64,000 bases of DNA from the human T2T-CHM13v2.0 reference genome, Homo sapiens: the NCBI RefSeq assembly GCF_009914755.1, contig NC_060932.1; one strand, given 5' to 3'. Of this stretch, positions 1-17,149 are shown one piece after another. Within the stretch, counting starts at the first letter, position 1, and every line of letters begins with the position of its first letter. Below the pieces are notes generated by a model. That model was not told where the DNA came from and searched no databases. It saw only the letters and a list, made by a program, of their open reading frames with translations. The position numbers and the translations under genes are program-made.

Positions 1-322
1 CAGCACTGCCCTGTGAACAGGCAAGGGACCAGAGACAGGCCCCACTTCAATGGAACTGAGTGGCTTTTTGACTTGTCTCTGGGTCTGTCCCAGTGATGAG
101 AGGGAACCAAGCAACAGGGAAATGCCCACAAGGGGCTCCAGGGTAGGCTCATCATAATTTGTTATAAGATCAAGAGGTTTATATGTCTGCTATGCAGTAA
201 CAGACCAATACGCTGAGCCAGCAGGGCTTGCAGCAGAGAAAGAGTTTAATAATTACAGGGTGGCTGAGGGAGAAGATGGGATGAGACCCCCAAATCCATC
301 TCCCTATGGAGTACTGGGCTGG

Positions 323-653
<331 letters not shown>

Positions 654-1059
654 TAATTGGAGTTGTCAATTGGTTGGGGAAAGGGGGATGAGATAATCAC
701 GATGTGGAAACTGCATTCTTTGATGAGTCAACTCCTTGTGGGGTCCTTCAGGCCAGCTGGCATCATTGAGGTCCTTTTGACCATCTGAATCAGTAGGTGC
801 ATGGTTACACAGCACCTGAAGGAAAATCTCAAAGGGAAAACTTAACATTTCAAAGTGTTCAAGTTGTTACCTATAGAGCAGTTAAGGGGAACTATAATCT
901 TATGACAAGGTCTGTGTGATTCAAGGACAATAGGCACCAAACAACTATGAGGAAGGCGTCAGAGAGCAAGCTAACGGTATTAGCTCATTCTCACACTGCT
1001 ATAAAGAACTACCTGTGACTGGGTAATTTATGAAGAAAAGAGGTTTAATTGACTCATAG

Positions 1060-1357
<298 letters not shown>

Positions 1358-3237
1358 AACTCACAGTTCTGCAGGCTGTACAGTAAGCATGGCTAGGAGG
1401 CTTCAGGAAACATAATCATGGTGGAAGGCAAAGGGGATGCAAGCATGTCTGATCATGGCAGAGCAGGAGAGAGACAGGGGGAGAGAGAGAAAGAAGGGGG
1501 GAAGTGCTACCCACTTTCAAACAACCAGATCTCATGAGAACTCTCTCACTGTCATGAGAATAGCAAGGGGGAAATCCACCCCAATGACCTGATCACCTCC
1601 CTGCAGGTCCCTTCCCTAACACTGGGGATTACAATTCAACATGAGATTTGAATGGTGACACAGAGGCAAATTATATCATTCTGCCTCTGGCCCCTCTCAA
1701 ATCTCATGTCCTTCTCACATTTCAAAAGCAATCATGCCCTCCCAACAGTCCCCCAAAGTCTTAACTCATTCTAGCATTAACTCCAAAGTCCAAGTCCAGA
1801 TGCTCCAATTCCAAAAGGGAGAAATTGGCCAAAACAAGGGCGCAACAGGCCCCATGCAAGTCCAAAACCCAGCAGGGCAGTCATTAAATCTTAAAGCTCC
1901 AAAATAATCTCCTTTGAAACCATTTCTCACACACAGGCCACACTGATGCAAGGGATGGGCTCCGAAGGCCTTGGGAAGCTCTGACCCTGTGGTTCTGCAG
2001 GGTACAGCACCCCCAGTTGTTTTCACAGGCTGGTATTGAGTGCCTGTAGCTTGTCCAGGTGCACAGTGCAAGCTATGACTCCACCACTGCTGCAGACTTC
2101 GGCGTGGATATCCAACTGGTTCCATACATTCTCTGAAATCTAGGCAGAGGCTCCCAGTTTTCAACTCTTGCCTTCTGCACACCAGTAGCCCTAACATCAC
2201 ATGGAAGCCACCAAGTCTTGGGGCTTGCACTCTTTGAAACAATGGCCTGAGCTGTACCTTGGCCCCTTTTAGCCACAGCTAGAGCTGGAGTGACCAGGAT
2301 GCAGGGTGCCATGTCCTGAGGCTGCACAGAGCAGCAGGGTCCTGGGGCTGGCCCATGAAACCATTTTTCCCTGCTAGGCTTCCAGGCCAGTGATCAGAGG
2401 GGCTGCCACAAAGGTCTCTGAAATGCACTGGAGACATTTTCTCCATTGCCTTGGCTATTAACATTTGGCTCCTCTTTATTTATGCATATTTCTGCAGCTT
2501 TCTTGAATTTCTCCCCAGAAAATGGGTTTTTCTTTTTCTTTTCTACCGCATGGTCAGGCTGCAAATTTTCCAAACTTTTACACTCAGCTTCCCTTTTAAA
2601 TATAAGGTTTTTTTGTTTATGCAAATGAGCATCAGTTTTTAAAAGCAGTCAGGCCACATCTTGAATGCTTTGCTGCTTAGAAGTTTCTTCCACCAGATAC
2701 CCTAAACCATCTCTCTCAAGTTCAAAGTTCCGTAGATCCTTAGAGCAGGGGCGCAATGTCAGTAGACTCTTTGCTAAAGTAGAGCAAGAGTGACCTTTGC
2801 TTCAGTTTTCATTAAGTTCCTCATCTCCATCTGAGATCACCTCAGCCTGGACTTCATTGTCCATATTACTATGAGCATTTTGGTCAAAGCCATTCAACAA
2901 GTCTCTCAGAAGTTCCAAACTTTTCCTCATCTTCCTGTCCTCTGAGCCCTCCAAAATATTCCAACCTCTGCCTGTTACCCAGTTCCAAAGTTGCTTCCAC
3001 ATTTTCAGGTATCTTTATAGCAATAACCCACTTCTGGTACCAATTTTCTGTATTTGTCTGTTTTCACACTGTTATAAATAACTATCTGAGACTGGGTAAT
3101 TTATGAAGAAAAGAGGTTTAATTGACTCGTGATTCTGCAGGCTATAAAGGAAGTATGGCTGGCAAACCTCAGGAAACTTACAATCAGGCAGAAGGTGAAG
3201 GGGAAGCAAGCATGTCTTACCATGGTGGAGCAGGAGT

Positions 3238-3312
<75 letters not shown>
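3238..3312. repeat. (GA)n microsatellite within the LTR
   Basis: Direct reading. Confidence 0.95.
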
Positions 3313-4879
3313 ACACAAGCGAAGGGGAAGTGCTACACACTTTTAAACAACCAATCTTGTGAGAACTCACTCACTGTCATGAGACCAGCATGGGGAAAAT
3401 CTGCCCCCATGATCCAATAACCTCCCACTAGGTCCCTCCCCTAACACTGAGGATTACAATTAACATGAGATTTGGATGGGGACACAGAGCCAAATCATAT
3501 CACTGACCTAATGATTAAGGCTGAATGTGCTGCAAACTTGGTTTAGTTTTGTTTCTCCCCCTCCCTTCTTCCCTGATTAACTTTATAAAGTTTGAAGGAC
3601 CAGTTTCATATTCTTTTTCTACTGAAATATCTTGGCATTCTTGTGGAAAGTTAATTGAATGTAACAATTTATTTCTGGACTCTCAATTTCATTCCTCTGT
3701 ATCTTTATTCCTATACCAATATCACACTGTCTTGATTACTGTAGGTTTATAGTAAGTTTTAAAATCTGGCTTAAGTTTAAAATCTGACTCTTCTAACTGC
3801 ATTGTTCTGTTTCCAGCTTTTTCTGTGTGGCAACTTTCAGTCTCTTGAATTTCCTTATAAGCTAAAATATGCTGACCAATTCCTGCAAAGAAGCCAACTA
3901 GAATTTTTATATGGCTTGCACTGAATCTGTAAATCAAATCAGAAAGTATTGCTATCTTAATAATTTTAAGTCTTTCAACTCATGAACATAGGATATCTTT
4001 TCATTTATTTAGGTTTTTTAAAAAAATTTTCTTTCAATAACATTTTGTAGTTTTCAGAATACAAATTTTACACATACTCTGTTAAATTTATCTAGGTATT
4101 TTATTCTTTTTGTTTGATATAACTCAAGTTGTTTTCTCAATTTTTTGAATAGTTTATTGACAATGCATAGAAATGCAGTTGATTTTTGTATATTAATTTT
4201 GTATCCTGAAATCTTGCTAAACTAGTTTATTTAAGTATATTCCTTAGGATTTTCTATATACAAGATTTTGTCATCTGCAAATAGATAGTTTTACCTTTTC
4301 CTTTATAATCTGATACCTTTTATTTATTTTTCTTTCTTTCTTTCTTTTTTGCCTAATTGCCAAGGCTAAAATCTTAAGTACAATGTTGAGTTGATGTGGC
4401 AATGGTGGACATCCTTATCTTGTTCCTTATCTTAGAAAGAAATCGTTCAGTCTTTTGCCATTAAGTATGATGTTTGTGAACTGTATGGTGGATGGACTTT
4501 ACTAGGTTGGGAAAGTTTCATTTTGTTGATAGTTTGTTGAATATTTTTATCATGAAATGGTATTGGATTTTGCCAAATGCTGTTTTTTAGTCTGTTGAGA
4601 TAATCATGTGCTTTTTGCTCTTTGTTCTATTAATATGGTATATTACATTAATGGGTTTTTAAATGTTATACTAACTTTGCATTCTTGGGATAAATCCCAT
4701 TTGTTCATGGTGAATAATCCTTTTAGTTTATCTGTTATCCCAACACAGTTTTGCTTACACTCACCTTTTTTTTCCTGTTATTCTAAATTACATTGCTATA
4801 TGTTGTATGCCCAACAGTACAATTATGTAAGTATTGTTTATATAATTGATTTTGAAAATTAGTTAAGAGAATAAAGAAG

Positions 4880-5698
4880 TGTTGGAATATTGTGAAATAT
4901 ATATATTTGGTCTTCATCCCTGCTCCCTGGCATGCAGCCCCTAAAATCCTTCGAATGTCCAAAGAAATGCTTTTTGTATGCTAATGATTGACTGATACCT
5001 GGCAGCCCCTTCAGGATCCCTTCAGGATCCCTTCAGGATAGGGGCTGATCACCAGAGAGACCAAGGCAGGATTGGAGGGTTGGGACTTTCAGCCCTACTC
5101 CACAACTTCTGAGGAGAATAGAAGGTTAATCTGATCACCGATGGGCAATGATTTAATCAATCATGTCTATGTATTGAAGCCCCCATAAAAACCCCCAAAA
5201 CAGGGTTCAAAAAGTTTCCAGATAGTTGAACACATGGAGGTTCCTGGAGGTGGCACACCCAATTAGGGCATGAAAGCTGCACACCCCTCCCCCCATTCCT
5301 AATCCTATGCATCTCTTCATCCATATACTTTATAATATCCTTTATAACAAACCAGTAAATGTGTTTCCCTGAGTTCTGTGAGCCACTCTAGCAAATTAAT
5401 TAAACCCAAAGAGGAGGTCATGAAGCTGATCAGTCAGAAATCTCAGAGGTTTAGACTTGCAGCTGAAGCGGAGCAGTTTTGTGTGACTGAGCCTTCAACC
5501 TGTGGGATCTGATGCTATTAATATCCAGGTAGATAGTGTTAAACTTGAATTGGTGAACACGTAGCTGGTGTCTGGTGCCAGAACAATTACTTGCTTAGCG
5601 TGTTGGGAGAAACCCCACACATTTGGTCACAGAAGTCCTCTGTGTTGAATGTTGTAGTGTGAGAGTAGAGCAAAAACAATTTGAGTTTTTTCCATACA
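4880..5698. mobile_element. MER21-like LTR
   Basis: TG...CA; motifs atttggtcttcatccctg, gggttgggactttcagccc, gagttctgtgagccactctagcaaatt; contains 3x cccttcaggat. Confidence 0.75.
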
Positions 5699-6254
5699 AG
5701 TGTTTATATTGTTTTATGTAATTACATCATTATCTTTACTATTGCTCTTTGTTTTGTGTGTGTATCAATTTGAATTACTGTCTGTGGTCACTTGAGTCCA
5801 GCTTGAAGAACTTTATTTGGTATTTATTGTAAGATAGTTCTCCTAGCAACACATTCACTTAGTTTTTAAAAATCTGGGAATGTCTTTATTTTACCTTCAT
5901 TTTGAAGCTTAGTTTTGCTGGATATAAAGATTCTTTTTGATATTTTTTCTTTCTGCATGTTGAACATGTCATACCACTACTTTCTTGCCTCCTTGTTTTT
6001 TGTAAGACCTCAGCCAATAATCTTACTGGAGTTCCTTTGTGTGTGAAGAGTCACTTTTTTCTATTGTTGCCCTAAAACTGTCTTTATCTTTTTTTCTTTT
6101 GCTTTCAACAATTTTACTATTTGCTTTCAAGTTTTACTATGATGTGTTTGGGTCTAGATCCCTTTTCATTTATCCTACTGTAAGTTCATTGAGATTCTTG
6201 AGTGTACAGGTTAGCATTTTTCAACTAATTTGGAAAGTTTTCAGTCATTATTTC

Positions 6255-6577
6255 TGCTATTATTTGAATGTGTTTCCTTCAAATTCAGGTATTGCAAATG
6301 TGATAATATTAAAAGGTGGGCCCTTTCAGAGTTGATTAGACCTGGAAGAATCATCTCAAATTAATGGGATTGAGGTCCTTATAAAAGGGCCTTTTGGCTC
6401 GAGCTTGTCCTTCCTCCCTCTGCCATATGAGGATGCAGCAAGAAGGCCCTCACCAACCAAATACTGATGGCTTGCTCTTGGATTTCCCAGGCTCCAGAGC
6501 TGTGAGAAATACATTTCTGTTCTTTATAAACTAACCAGTTTCAGGTAGTAGGTAGCAGCACAAAATGGACAAAGACA
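6255..6577 (+). mobile_element. MaLR solo LTR (MSTC/D-like)
   Basis: tgctat...gacaaagaca with perfect 5-bp TSD atttc. Confidence 0.85.
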
Positions 6578-6814
6578 ATTTCTTTCAATATTTTTTCCCT
6601 GATTTATCTCCCTTCTCTCCTTCTGGTCCTCCTGTTATCATGGTTAGTGACAGTGCTCAGAGTAAGTGTAAATAGTGAGAAGTGGGCCATTAAAACAGGA
6701 TAGTTGGAGAAAGAGACCTATCTAGATCAGCGGCTAGAATACAGTGAATGCTCAATAAATGAATGTTTGCTGACTTGAATTAAATTATCAAGGAGGAGCC
6801 CAGTTTTCCTTTAC

Positions 6815-6877
6815 CTTTTTTCATCAATGTGGCTCTTGACACTATTAAGTTCTAGGGATGCTACGGCCAAAATATGG
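6815..6877 (-). pseudogene. Candidate exon 63 nt, open in phase 2 (HILAVASLELNSVKSHIDEK)
   Basis: Acceptor cttatttttaatag|, donor AAG|gtaaag. Confidence 0.45.
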
Positions 6878-7095
6878 CTATTAAAAATAAGCACATAAAG
6901 CAGGTTTTGAACAAATTAATGACAAGATATTCTAGTTAACACCCTTAAAGTAAATGTGAAGATACATACTTAAATGTAGTCACTTAATGGATTAGAGATG
7001 AAAATTCTGCTTGATATACTCTCTTGATTGCTTGAAAGCTATTTAGAAGGTCAATAGATAACCAGTCAAAATCTGATGAAGAGAGCACGTTTTAC

Positions 7096-7215
7096 CATCT
7101 TTGTACAGAGCAGATATGTTGTCGTTAAACTGATGAAGAATCTCATTTTCCCTTTGGAGGCCCGGAAGATGGACTCATTAACTTTATTTTTAAGAACCTT
7201 TTTTTCCTTTGTAAC
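7096..7215 (-). pseudogene. Candidate exon 120 nt, open in phase 0 (VTKEKKVLKNKVNESIFRASKGKMRFFISLTTTYLLCTKM)
   Basis: Acceptor atttctctgaag|, donor ATG|gtaaaa; a further 81-nt candidate at 7448-7528 ends in TGG|gtaagt. Confidence 0.45.
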
Positions 7216-7675
7216 CTTCAGAGAAATGCCAGCAATTACAGAAAAGGCAAACTCACAGACCAAGTGATCTAAAGACTATTAAGTACTGTGGTCTCAATAA
7301 CCTTTCGTAGCATAAAATTGATCACAATGTAATATAATACTTTAAATATATTTCATATCATATGAATTTTACTAATAACTTTTAAAATTAAGAAAACTTC
7401 ACCTGCCTCCTTGCAAAAGGAGAATTTAAAAATATGAAATCACTTACCCACCTACAACTATTTGATCATAATTGAATACACAGAAATACATATATCATTG
7501 ATCATTTCAAAAAGTCATACAGTAAATACTAAACTGATATTTTAGCATTTATAAAATAAAGTACATTTTTACCAATGAGGTCATTAGAATTTTATGCAAT
7601 TTTGCTAATGTGGTTTGAATTACTTGTACCACTTTTTGATAAAGCACATGGGAGCAAAATATTTTAAAAATATTT

Positions 7676-8315
<640 letters not shown>

Positions 8316-9698
8316 TCAAATAATTTTATTTCTTTTCAACATTTTAAAAATTAATAAAAAACAGAACAAAACAGAACAGAGAATGACCAAGAACGTGTTA
8401 GTTGAAATAACAATTTGCTGTTAAAAAATACAATTTTATGTTTTGCAACAACAAAGACATTAATGCCTGATGCCATTTTGTAAATTGTCTATTATTCTCC
8501 TTGAACTTCATGGGGAAAGAAAAAACTTGATCAAGTTCACACAACTGGATTTTGTGTAGAACAACACTAAAAACTGAATCTCTTATCCTCTGAATTCGCT
8601 ATTTTTTCCCCAGTGGATTTTATTCTCAACATGATCCCTGAAACTCATTCTAAAACACATGCCTAAAAACTATAAATGCCTTGCTTTGACCTAATGACCC
8701 CTCCCTGGCTAATGGATACAATCAAAAACCCGCAACATTGCATGAAGGTCCCTCATCTTCTGGCCTTCCTCTACTTAACCCCATCTCTTGCCTCTTTCCC
8801 ATTGATATTCCTACTCTCTAGTCACACCAAATTCCTTCCAATTCCCTGCACCTTCATGTATTCTCTTGCCATGATGCATTTTGCTCTCTATGAAAGTAAT
8901 GCCTTCTTCTCCTACTTTAAGGGTCCTTGTCCTTTGAGGCTCTGTTTAATCAATAGCTTGGAGAAGCTTTTTCCAGCTCCTCAGTTGCAAGATTTGAGCT
9001 CCTACAGGCATTGGAAGTGGTTGCTGAATGAATGAATAAATAAACAAGCTCCAATATTGTATCTTCTTTTCATACCATTCACTTAATCATGTGTGTGAGT
9101 GTCTGAATGATTCATGCATAACCATCTTTGTAGAAAAAAATCAACAATAATGTTAGCTTGTGCCCGTCTTTGTGTACCAGCAAGTGACTTCACTAGAACG
9201 TTCAACTACCTCATTTAATGTGCACAGCTCTCAAATGAGGTTGGCACTCTTACTATGCCCATTTTAAAGACGTGGAAACTGAGGCTTAGAAATGTTGAGT
9301 GACTTACCCAAGGTCATGTCTAATGAAGTCACCTCTGGGACCAGCTCTCAAGTCTGACCATTAATTACACTGCTTCTACTTTTAGCAACTTCTCTCACAA
9401 CCATGTGGCTTTTCTTTCTACCTTGGCTGAAGAATTTGATTAAGCAGGGACTGAATGCAAGGAGAAAGTAGCTGTTTTCAATATCAAAAAGTAGATGATA
9501 GATCATAAAAGTCAAATTACAGGAAAGAGGTAGTGATTCATTAAATTATTTTGCAGTTCAATTTGTCAATTCCTCATGTACCTTTCTCTCTTGATAACCA
9601 CAAGTCTCTGCTACAAGTAACATTAAAGGCAGAGTAACGCATCCCTTCAAAGTTAGTCCCAATTTGTGATGTCATTATGTGATGTTGTGGGCCCATAC

Positions 9699-9877
9699 CA
9701 GCACATGACAAAATACTCTGAGCTTCAAATGATCTGCTTGGCTTTAGCCAAAGAGTTGGAAAGAAAAATTACACAATTGTAACCAGAATGTCCTCTTCCT
9801 CCCCTGCTCCCCAAACTGGAGCCCTGCTGTTGAATCCCTGGCAGAATGGGTTGCCTGCCAGGTGCTTGTCAAGGTTG
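9699..9877 (-). pseudogene. Candidate exon 179 nt, phase 2 to 1 (NLDKHLAGNPFCQGFNSRAPVWGAGEEEDILVTIV*FFFPTLWLKPSRSFEAQSILSCA)
   Basis: Strong acceptor ttttctttcatcatctctcag|, donor CTG|gtatgg; one TAA. Confidence 0.55.
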
Positions 9878-10045
9878 CTGAGAGATGATGAAAGAAAAGC
9901 ATAGAAATATAATCTGATTTTTTTATCTTTTCCCTCTATAACTCATATTTGAATATATGATTTTCTTCCCTCCTCCCCCACACCCTATTTTCTAGACTAA
10001 TCACAATGACATTTGGAGAACTTTCTGGATGCTTTGTTTGATGTA

Positions 10046-10423
10046 TGTTATGTGATAAACTATGTCCTTCCCCCACCCCCCAAATTCCTATGTTGAAGTC
10101 CTAAGCCCAGTATCTCAGAATGTGACTGTCTTTCAAGAGGTCATTAAGGCTAGATGAGCTCATATGGGTGGGCTCCAATCCAATATGACTGGTGTCCTTA
10201 TTGGAAGAGGAGATTAGGACACACAGCAGGAAGACCATGTGAACACACAGGGAGAAGGCGGCCATCTGCAAGCCAAGGATAGAGGCCTCAGAAGAAACAA
10301 CTCTGCCGGCACCTTGATCTTCAACTTCCAGCCTCCAGAATTGTGAGAAAATAAATTAAATTTCTGTTCTTTAAGCCCCTTAGTCTGTGGTACTTTGTTT
10401 TGGCACCCCTAGCAAACTAAGAT
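10046..10423 (+). mobile_element. MLT1B-like solo LTR
   Basis: aaattcctatgttgaagtccta, tatgactggtgtcctta, gcctccagaattgtgagaaaataaa, agcaaactaa. Confidence 0.85.
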
Positions 10424-11193
10424 GATGTGCAAAAGCAGAAACATTTTCTAGACTTATAGCAGACCTTGGGGAGATTTCTGGATTTTTTTTGATGTATGAA
10501 AGCTGAACTATTTTCAAATGGCTAAGTTAGGATATGGGTCTCCCCTGAAAATAATTCTTTTAACCACCTAGGCAAGAAATCCTATTCTTTACAGAAAAAT
10601 GACAGCCTTGTTCTGTCGTAGAACAGTCAGAACACATCTGGTAAACATGTTTACCTCTGGGCACCACACTTAGGAGAGGTGTAGACAAAGGAATATCTAG
10701 ATGGTAAAAGAGGTAAAGCCTATGTTTTATTAGTTGAAGGAATTAGGAAGTTTGGTCTAGAAAGGCAATGACTCATGAGGTGGGGATGAGCACTTTTTAA
10801 GTATTTAAGTATTTAAGTATTTAAGTATTTATGACTACAACTGCAAAATATTGACAAAGCAATTAAAGAGAAGAATTTTAGTTCAATATAAGAAAAATTT
10901 ATGAAAGTCAGACATTTCCAAAGATGAAATGACCAACAAGGAAGTAACAAGCTCTTTCTCTTAGGAAGTGGCCAGAGGGTAGTTGACAACTCGTGGTGGG
11001 TATTGTAGAAAGGATGTTTTCATCAGGAGAAAAAAACATTCTGATTGGAAAAGTACTTCAAGCAGAGGCAATTCAACACAGAGAATGAGTTAAAAGCCTG
11101 TTGCAAAGATGGTGGAGGAGCAAAGCAGGATGGTAAGGTCACTCAAAGTTGAGAAACTCCAGGGTCACCACGCTGAGGGGCTTGAGGACCTAA

Positions 11194-11587
11194 TGGGAAG
11201 ATGGAGTTGCCCAACGGGAAGATGGAGTGACCCAGCGGGAAGATGAAGTTGCCCAGTGGGAAGATGGAGTTGCCCAGTGGGAAGATGAAGTTGCCCAGCG
11301 GGAAGATGGGGTGGCCCAGCGGGAAGATGAAGCTGCCCAGCGGGAAGATGGAGTGGCCCAGTGGGAACATGGCTCAGCGGGAAGATGGTATGACCCAGCA
11401 GGAAGACGGAGTTGCCCAGCGGGAAGAACGGGTTGCCCAGCAGGAAGACGGAGTGACCCAGCGGGAAGATGGAGTGGCCCAGCCGGAAGATGGAGTGGCC
11501 CAGTGAGAAGATGGTGTGGCCCAGCGAGAAGATGGGGTTTCCCAGTGGGAAGATGCGGTGGTCCAGCGGGAAGATGGTGTAGCCCAG
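11194..11587. repeat. 21-bp minisatellite, 19 units, consensus CGGGAAGATGGAGTGGCCCAG (unit 9 lacks 5 bp)
   Basis: Units counted by hand; translates as heptads REDGVAQ (+) or WATPSSR / LGHSIFP / LPAGPLH (-). Confidence 0.95.
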
Positions 11588-11849
11588 CGCCCAGGACAGT
11601 TCCGCTGGGCCTGAGCTCGGCGCTCTGTGCCCTGCTGGCTCCTGTGGCTGTGACATCACTGCCCAAAGCTGCTACCTCCCCAGCCCAGTGCTGGGTTGAC
11701 AGTACCAACAGGAAGACAGCTGGCAAAAGAGGTATGTGGTGCATGCGCTGCTGGGCTCTAAGCCTAGCTGAGGACAGAAGAGAGGCTAAGGACTGAGCGA
11801 GCCTAGCCACCACTTCAGCCCAGGGTCAGCGGGCAGGGGCGGGGCTCAC

Positions 11850-11962
11850 TGGAAGAATGTATTTTCTTCTGCAGCACTGGAGGTCTTTGAGTCTGTGAAC
11901 TTGATTTAATACTTTTGCCTCCAATGGGTCAAATCTAACCTTAGTAGTTCCTCTCCTTCCGT
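11850..11962 (-). pseudogene. Candidate exon 113 nt, phase 1 to 0, open (GRRGTTKVRFDPLEAKVLNQVHRLKDLQCCRRKYILP)
   Basis: Acceptor ctttcctttctctctccaag|, donor CCA|gtgagc; next acceptor cctcttttgccag| at 11720. Confidence 0.55.
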
Positions 11963-12124
11963 CTTGGAGAGAGAAAGGAAAGCCCGGCTTTCCGGGACTG
12001 AGACACTTAATGAAGAGGTCATTGCCTCCCACCTCCTGGTGCCGTAGTTTTGCAGAAAGCCGCTCCTACCCGGATTCCGCCTATTTCCTGGACTCAGTCC
12101 AGGCCGACTCAAGAAAGGATAAGG

Positions 12125-12449
<325 letters not shown>

Positions 12450-12688
12450 TTACTATATTACTATAGACCCCTGGGTCTTTCCTTTCCAGTTCCAAATTAT
12501 TTACTTGTTTCCTCATTTATTTATTTATTTGGTGGTCAAAAGTGCAGCACCTGGAGGATGCTGCCTGTTTCTGAACTGCGGTTCCGGCACTTACCAGCCT
12601 TGTGACCTTGGGCACATCAAGTGCCCAAGTTTCCTATCTGTAAAATGGAGTTGCTGATAATAGCATCTACTTCATAAAGCTTGGTTGA

Positions 12689-14900
<2,212 letters not shown>

Positions 14901-15542
14901 TATTTATTCTCTGTCTTCTATTGTTGGTAGCTGTATTAGAGTACTTATCAGAGTATTGACCCTACTAGGTTCTTAACTGCCAGAGAGCAGGTAACCATTG
15001 GTATCTCCAGTAAAGCTTAAAAGAAGATTTTCTACACTTGTTCTGAAATTTAATTTGGCTAATTATAAAACTATGAATAATGAATTGTAATTTATGGAAA
15101 TATAAACAGACCATGTTGAATATTCACACTTTCTTTGTCCAGATCTATCTCCTTCTATCTCTACTTGAATATTTGGTAGTCTACATAGAATATTTCTTGA
15201 AAGTAGACAATAAAATATTTTCAGATTTTTTAACTGAACATTAGCCGAAATAAATTATTCTATTCAATGACACACAGGTTTTTGAATGAATAACTAAATA
15301 GGAACAGATAAGAACACCTTAAAGTCCTTTTGCTGCCCAGATACTTTATCTGTTTTGGCTTGGTAATTATAACTTACATAAGTATGCAACATTTCATTTC
15401 TTATTTCTCTAGAATTACTCTACCTAGTAGCTTTCAGAGCATGTTAATGATGTATAGACCATTAGATAGCTCACACATCTATAATAAATTTAAATATTTT
15501 ATATAGACTTAAAATATAACTAAATTGATAAGGATAGATAGG

Positions 15543-15993
15543 CATCTTAATCTATTTTGTGTTACTATAACAGAATACCTGAAGCTTTGTGACTTATAAA
15601 AAGAAGCTTATATGGCTCACAATTTTGGTGTCTGGAAAGACCAAGATTGGGCAGCTGTGTCTGGTGAGGGCCTCATGCTGCTTCCACTCATGGCAGAAAG
15701 AGGCAGGGGGGTGGACATGTGCAAAGAGATCACATGGTGAGAGAGAAAGCAAGGTAGAGAAACTGAGGAAGCCAGACTCTTCTTAACAACCCATTCTCAA
15801 GGGGCCTAATACATTCATTTCCCAGAAATGAAGCAGTTACTCACCCCCAAGGAAGGGCATTAATCTGTTCATCAATGATCCCCATCCATGAGCCAAACAC
15901 CTCCTACTAGGCCCCACCTCCCAACATTGCCACATTGGGGATCAAATTTCAACCTGAGTTTTGGCAGGGACAAACCATATCTACACCATAACA
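15543..15993 (-). mobile_element. MaLR solo LTR (MST-like)
   Basis: ataacagaatacctga, ctggtgagggcctc, aggccccacctcccaaca, accataaca. Confidence 0.8.
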
Positions 15994-17149
15994 AAAGGCT
16001 ATATTGTGCTGTGGTGACAAATGATCTCCAAATCTCCATGGCTTATCTAAGCTTTATTTATTACTCATCCAAAATCCATTTGGCCTAGGATACCCTCTGA
16101 AACCACCATCCCTCAGGTAATGACTCAGTGATCCAGGTTGCTTCAATCTTGTGGCTTTTGTACATCAACACAAACCACCCTCCACGACCCTCCACAGCAG
16201 TGGAGGAGAGAGTACAGAGAATTGGGTGTTTCTGCCATAAATCTTTCAGTATGGCTCACTGGCCACAACTGGTCACAGGGTCCCACCTAACTGCGAGGAG
16301 ACTAGAAAATGTAGTCTTTCAGGTGACTAACTGATTCTGCTCACCAGCTCAGTTTAGGCGAGCATTAGTCATGTCTACCTCAGTTTGCCATTCTGAACAC
16401 TAAATATTTTGTTTGTTCTTCTTTTCCTATGCAGCACACACCCGCTTTGTCCCCAAGAGGGACAACACAAAGTCCTGTGGTTGCACAGTATTAAACTCAG
16501 AGTCTGGGATTGCTAGAAGTTGTGTAGGAGTCTCTACATTCAGTCCACACATGACTGTCTTGGGCTGGACACTTATGATTTAAAAAGAAGTTCTCAGCCC
16601 CCTCCCCTAACACACAACAAGTATACAACAGTTGAAGAAGAATAGGATAGATACAATCAACATTCAGGAAAAAAAATGGAAAATAAAGGTCCAGAACTGG
16701 TTCTTGCAAAACTAACATTTCCCTGCGAAGACATTGTGCTGGCTTATACCCTCTGCTGATGAGGTCCTGACTCTGCTCTTAGGAGGCTCTCTCAAGACCA
16801 TTGTCCTCTCTGGGTTAGGCTCTGTTCTCTGAAATGCTCCTTCTCCATTATCCTTTTTGGTTAACTCTGACGTGGACATTGGACATATGCTTTCCTTGGG
16901 AACCATGAAGCTTTGTAAAAATGTTGCTTTTTAATAATCACAGTAACAATAATAATGCTCACCATGTGTTTAACGTATTCTTTTCGTAAGACATTAAATA
17001 AAATGCCAACTCTCCCCATCATCCACCAAAATTTTCTAAATTACCATTTATTGCATAAAAAAGCAGATGGAACTGGCATTTGAATCATATTTATCTAAAC
17101 CCCAATTGTGTATTCTTTCCATTACATTTTTGTTTTTTAATGTTATTTT

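Larger units (their letters stand above)
3609..6640 (-). mobile_element. Old L1 (L1M) fragments interrupted by LTRs
   Basis: T-rich antisense L1 motifs (cacactgtcttgattactgtag, tcatctgcaaatagatagttt, ggataaatcccatttg). Confidence 0.75.

Noticed and set aside
11194-11587. Regular repeat array as a possible CRISPR-like locus or as an intact gene (ORFs of 164-207 aa)
   Set aside because: Units are contiguous with no unique spacers and the context is mammalian; every frame is shifted by the 5-bp deletion in unit 9.
11732-11874. Plus-strand intron GAG|gtatgt ... ttttcttctgcag| giving a short signal-peptide-like product
   Set aside because: Isolated pair; surrounding exon evidence is consistently on the minus strand. 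Not excluded for a lncRNA.
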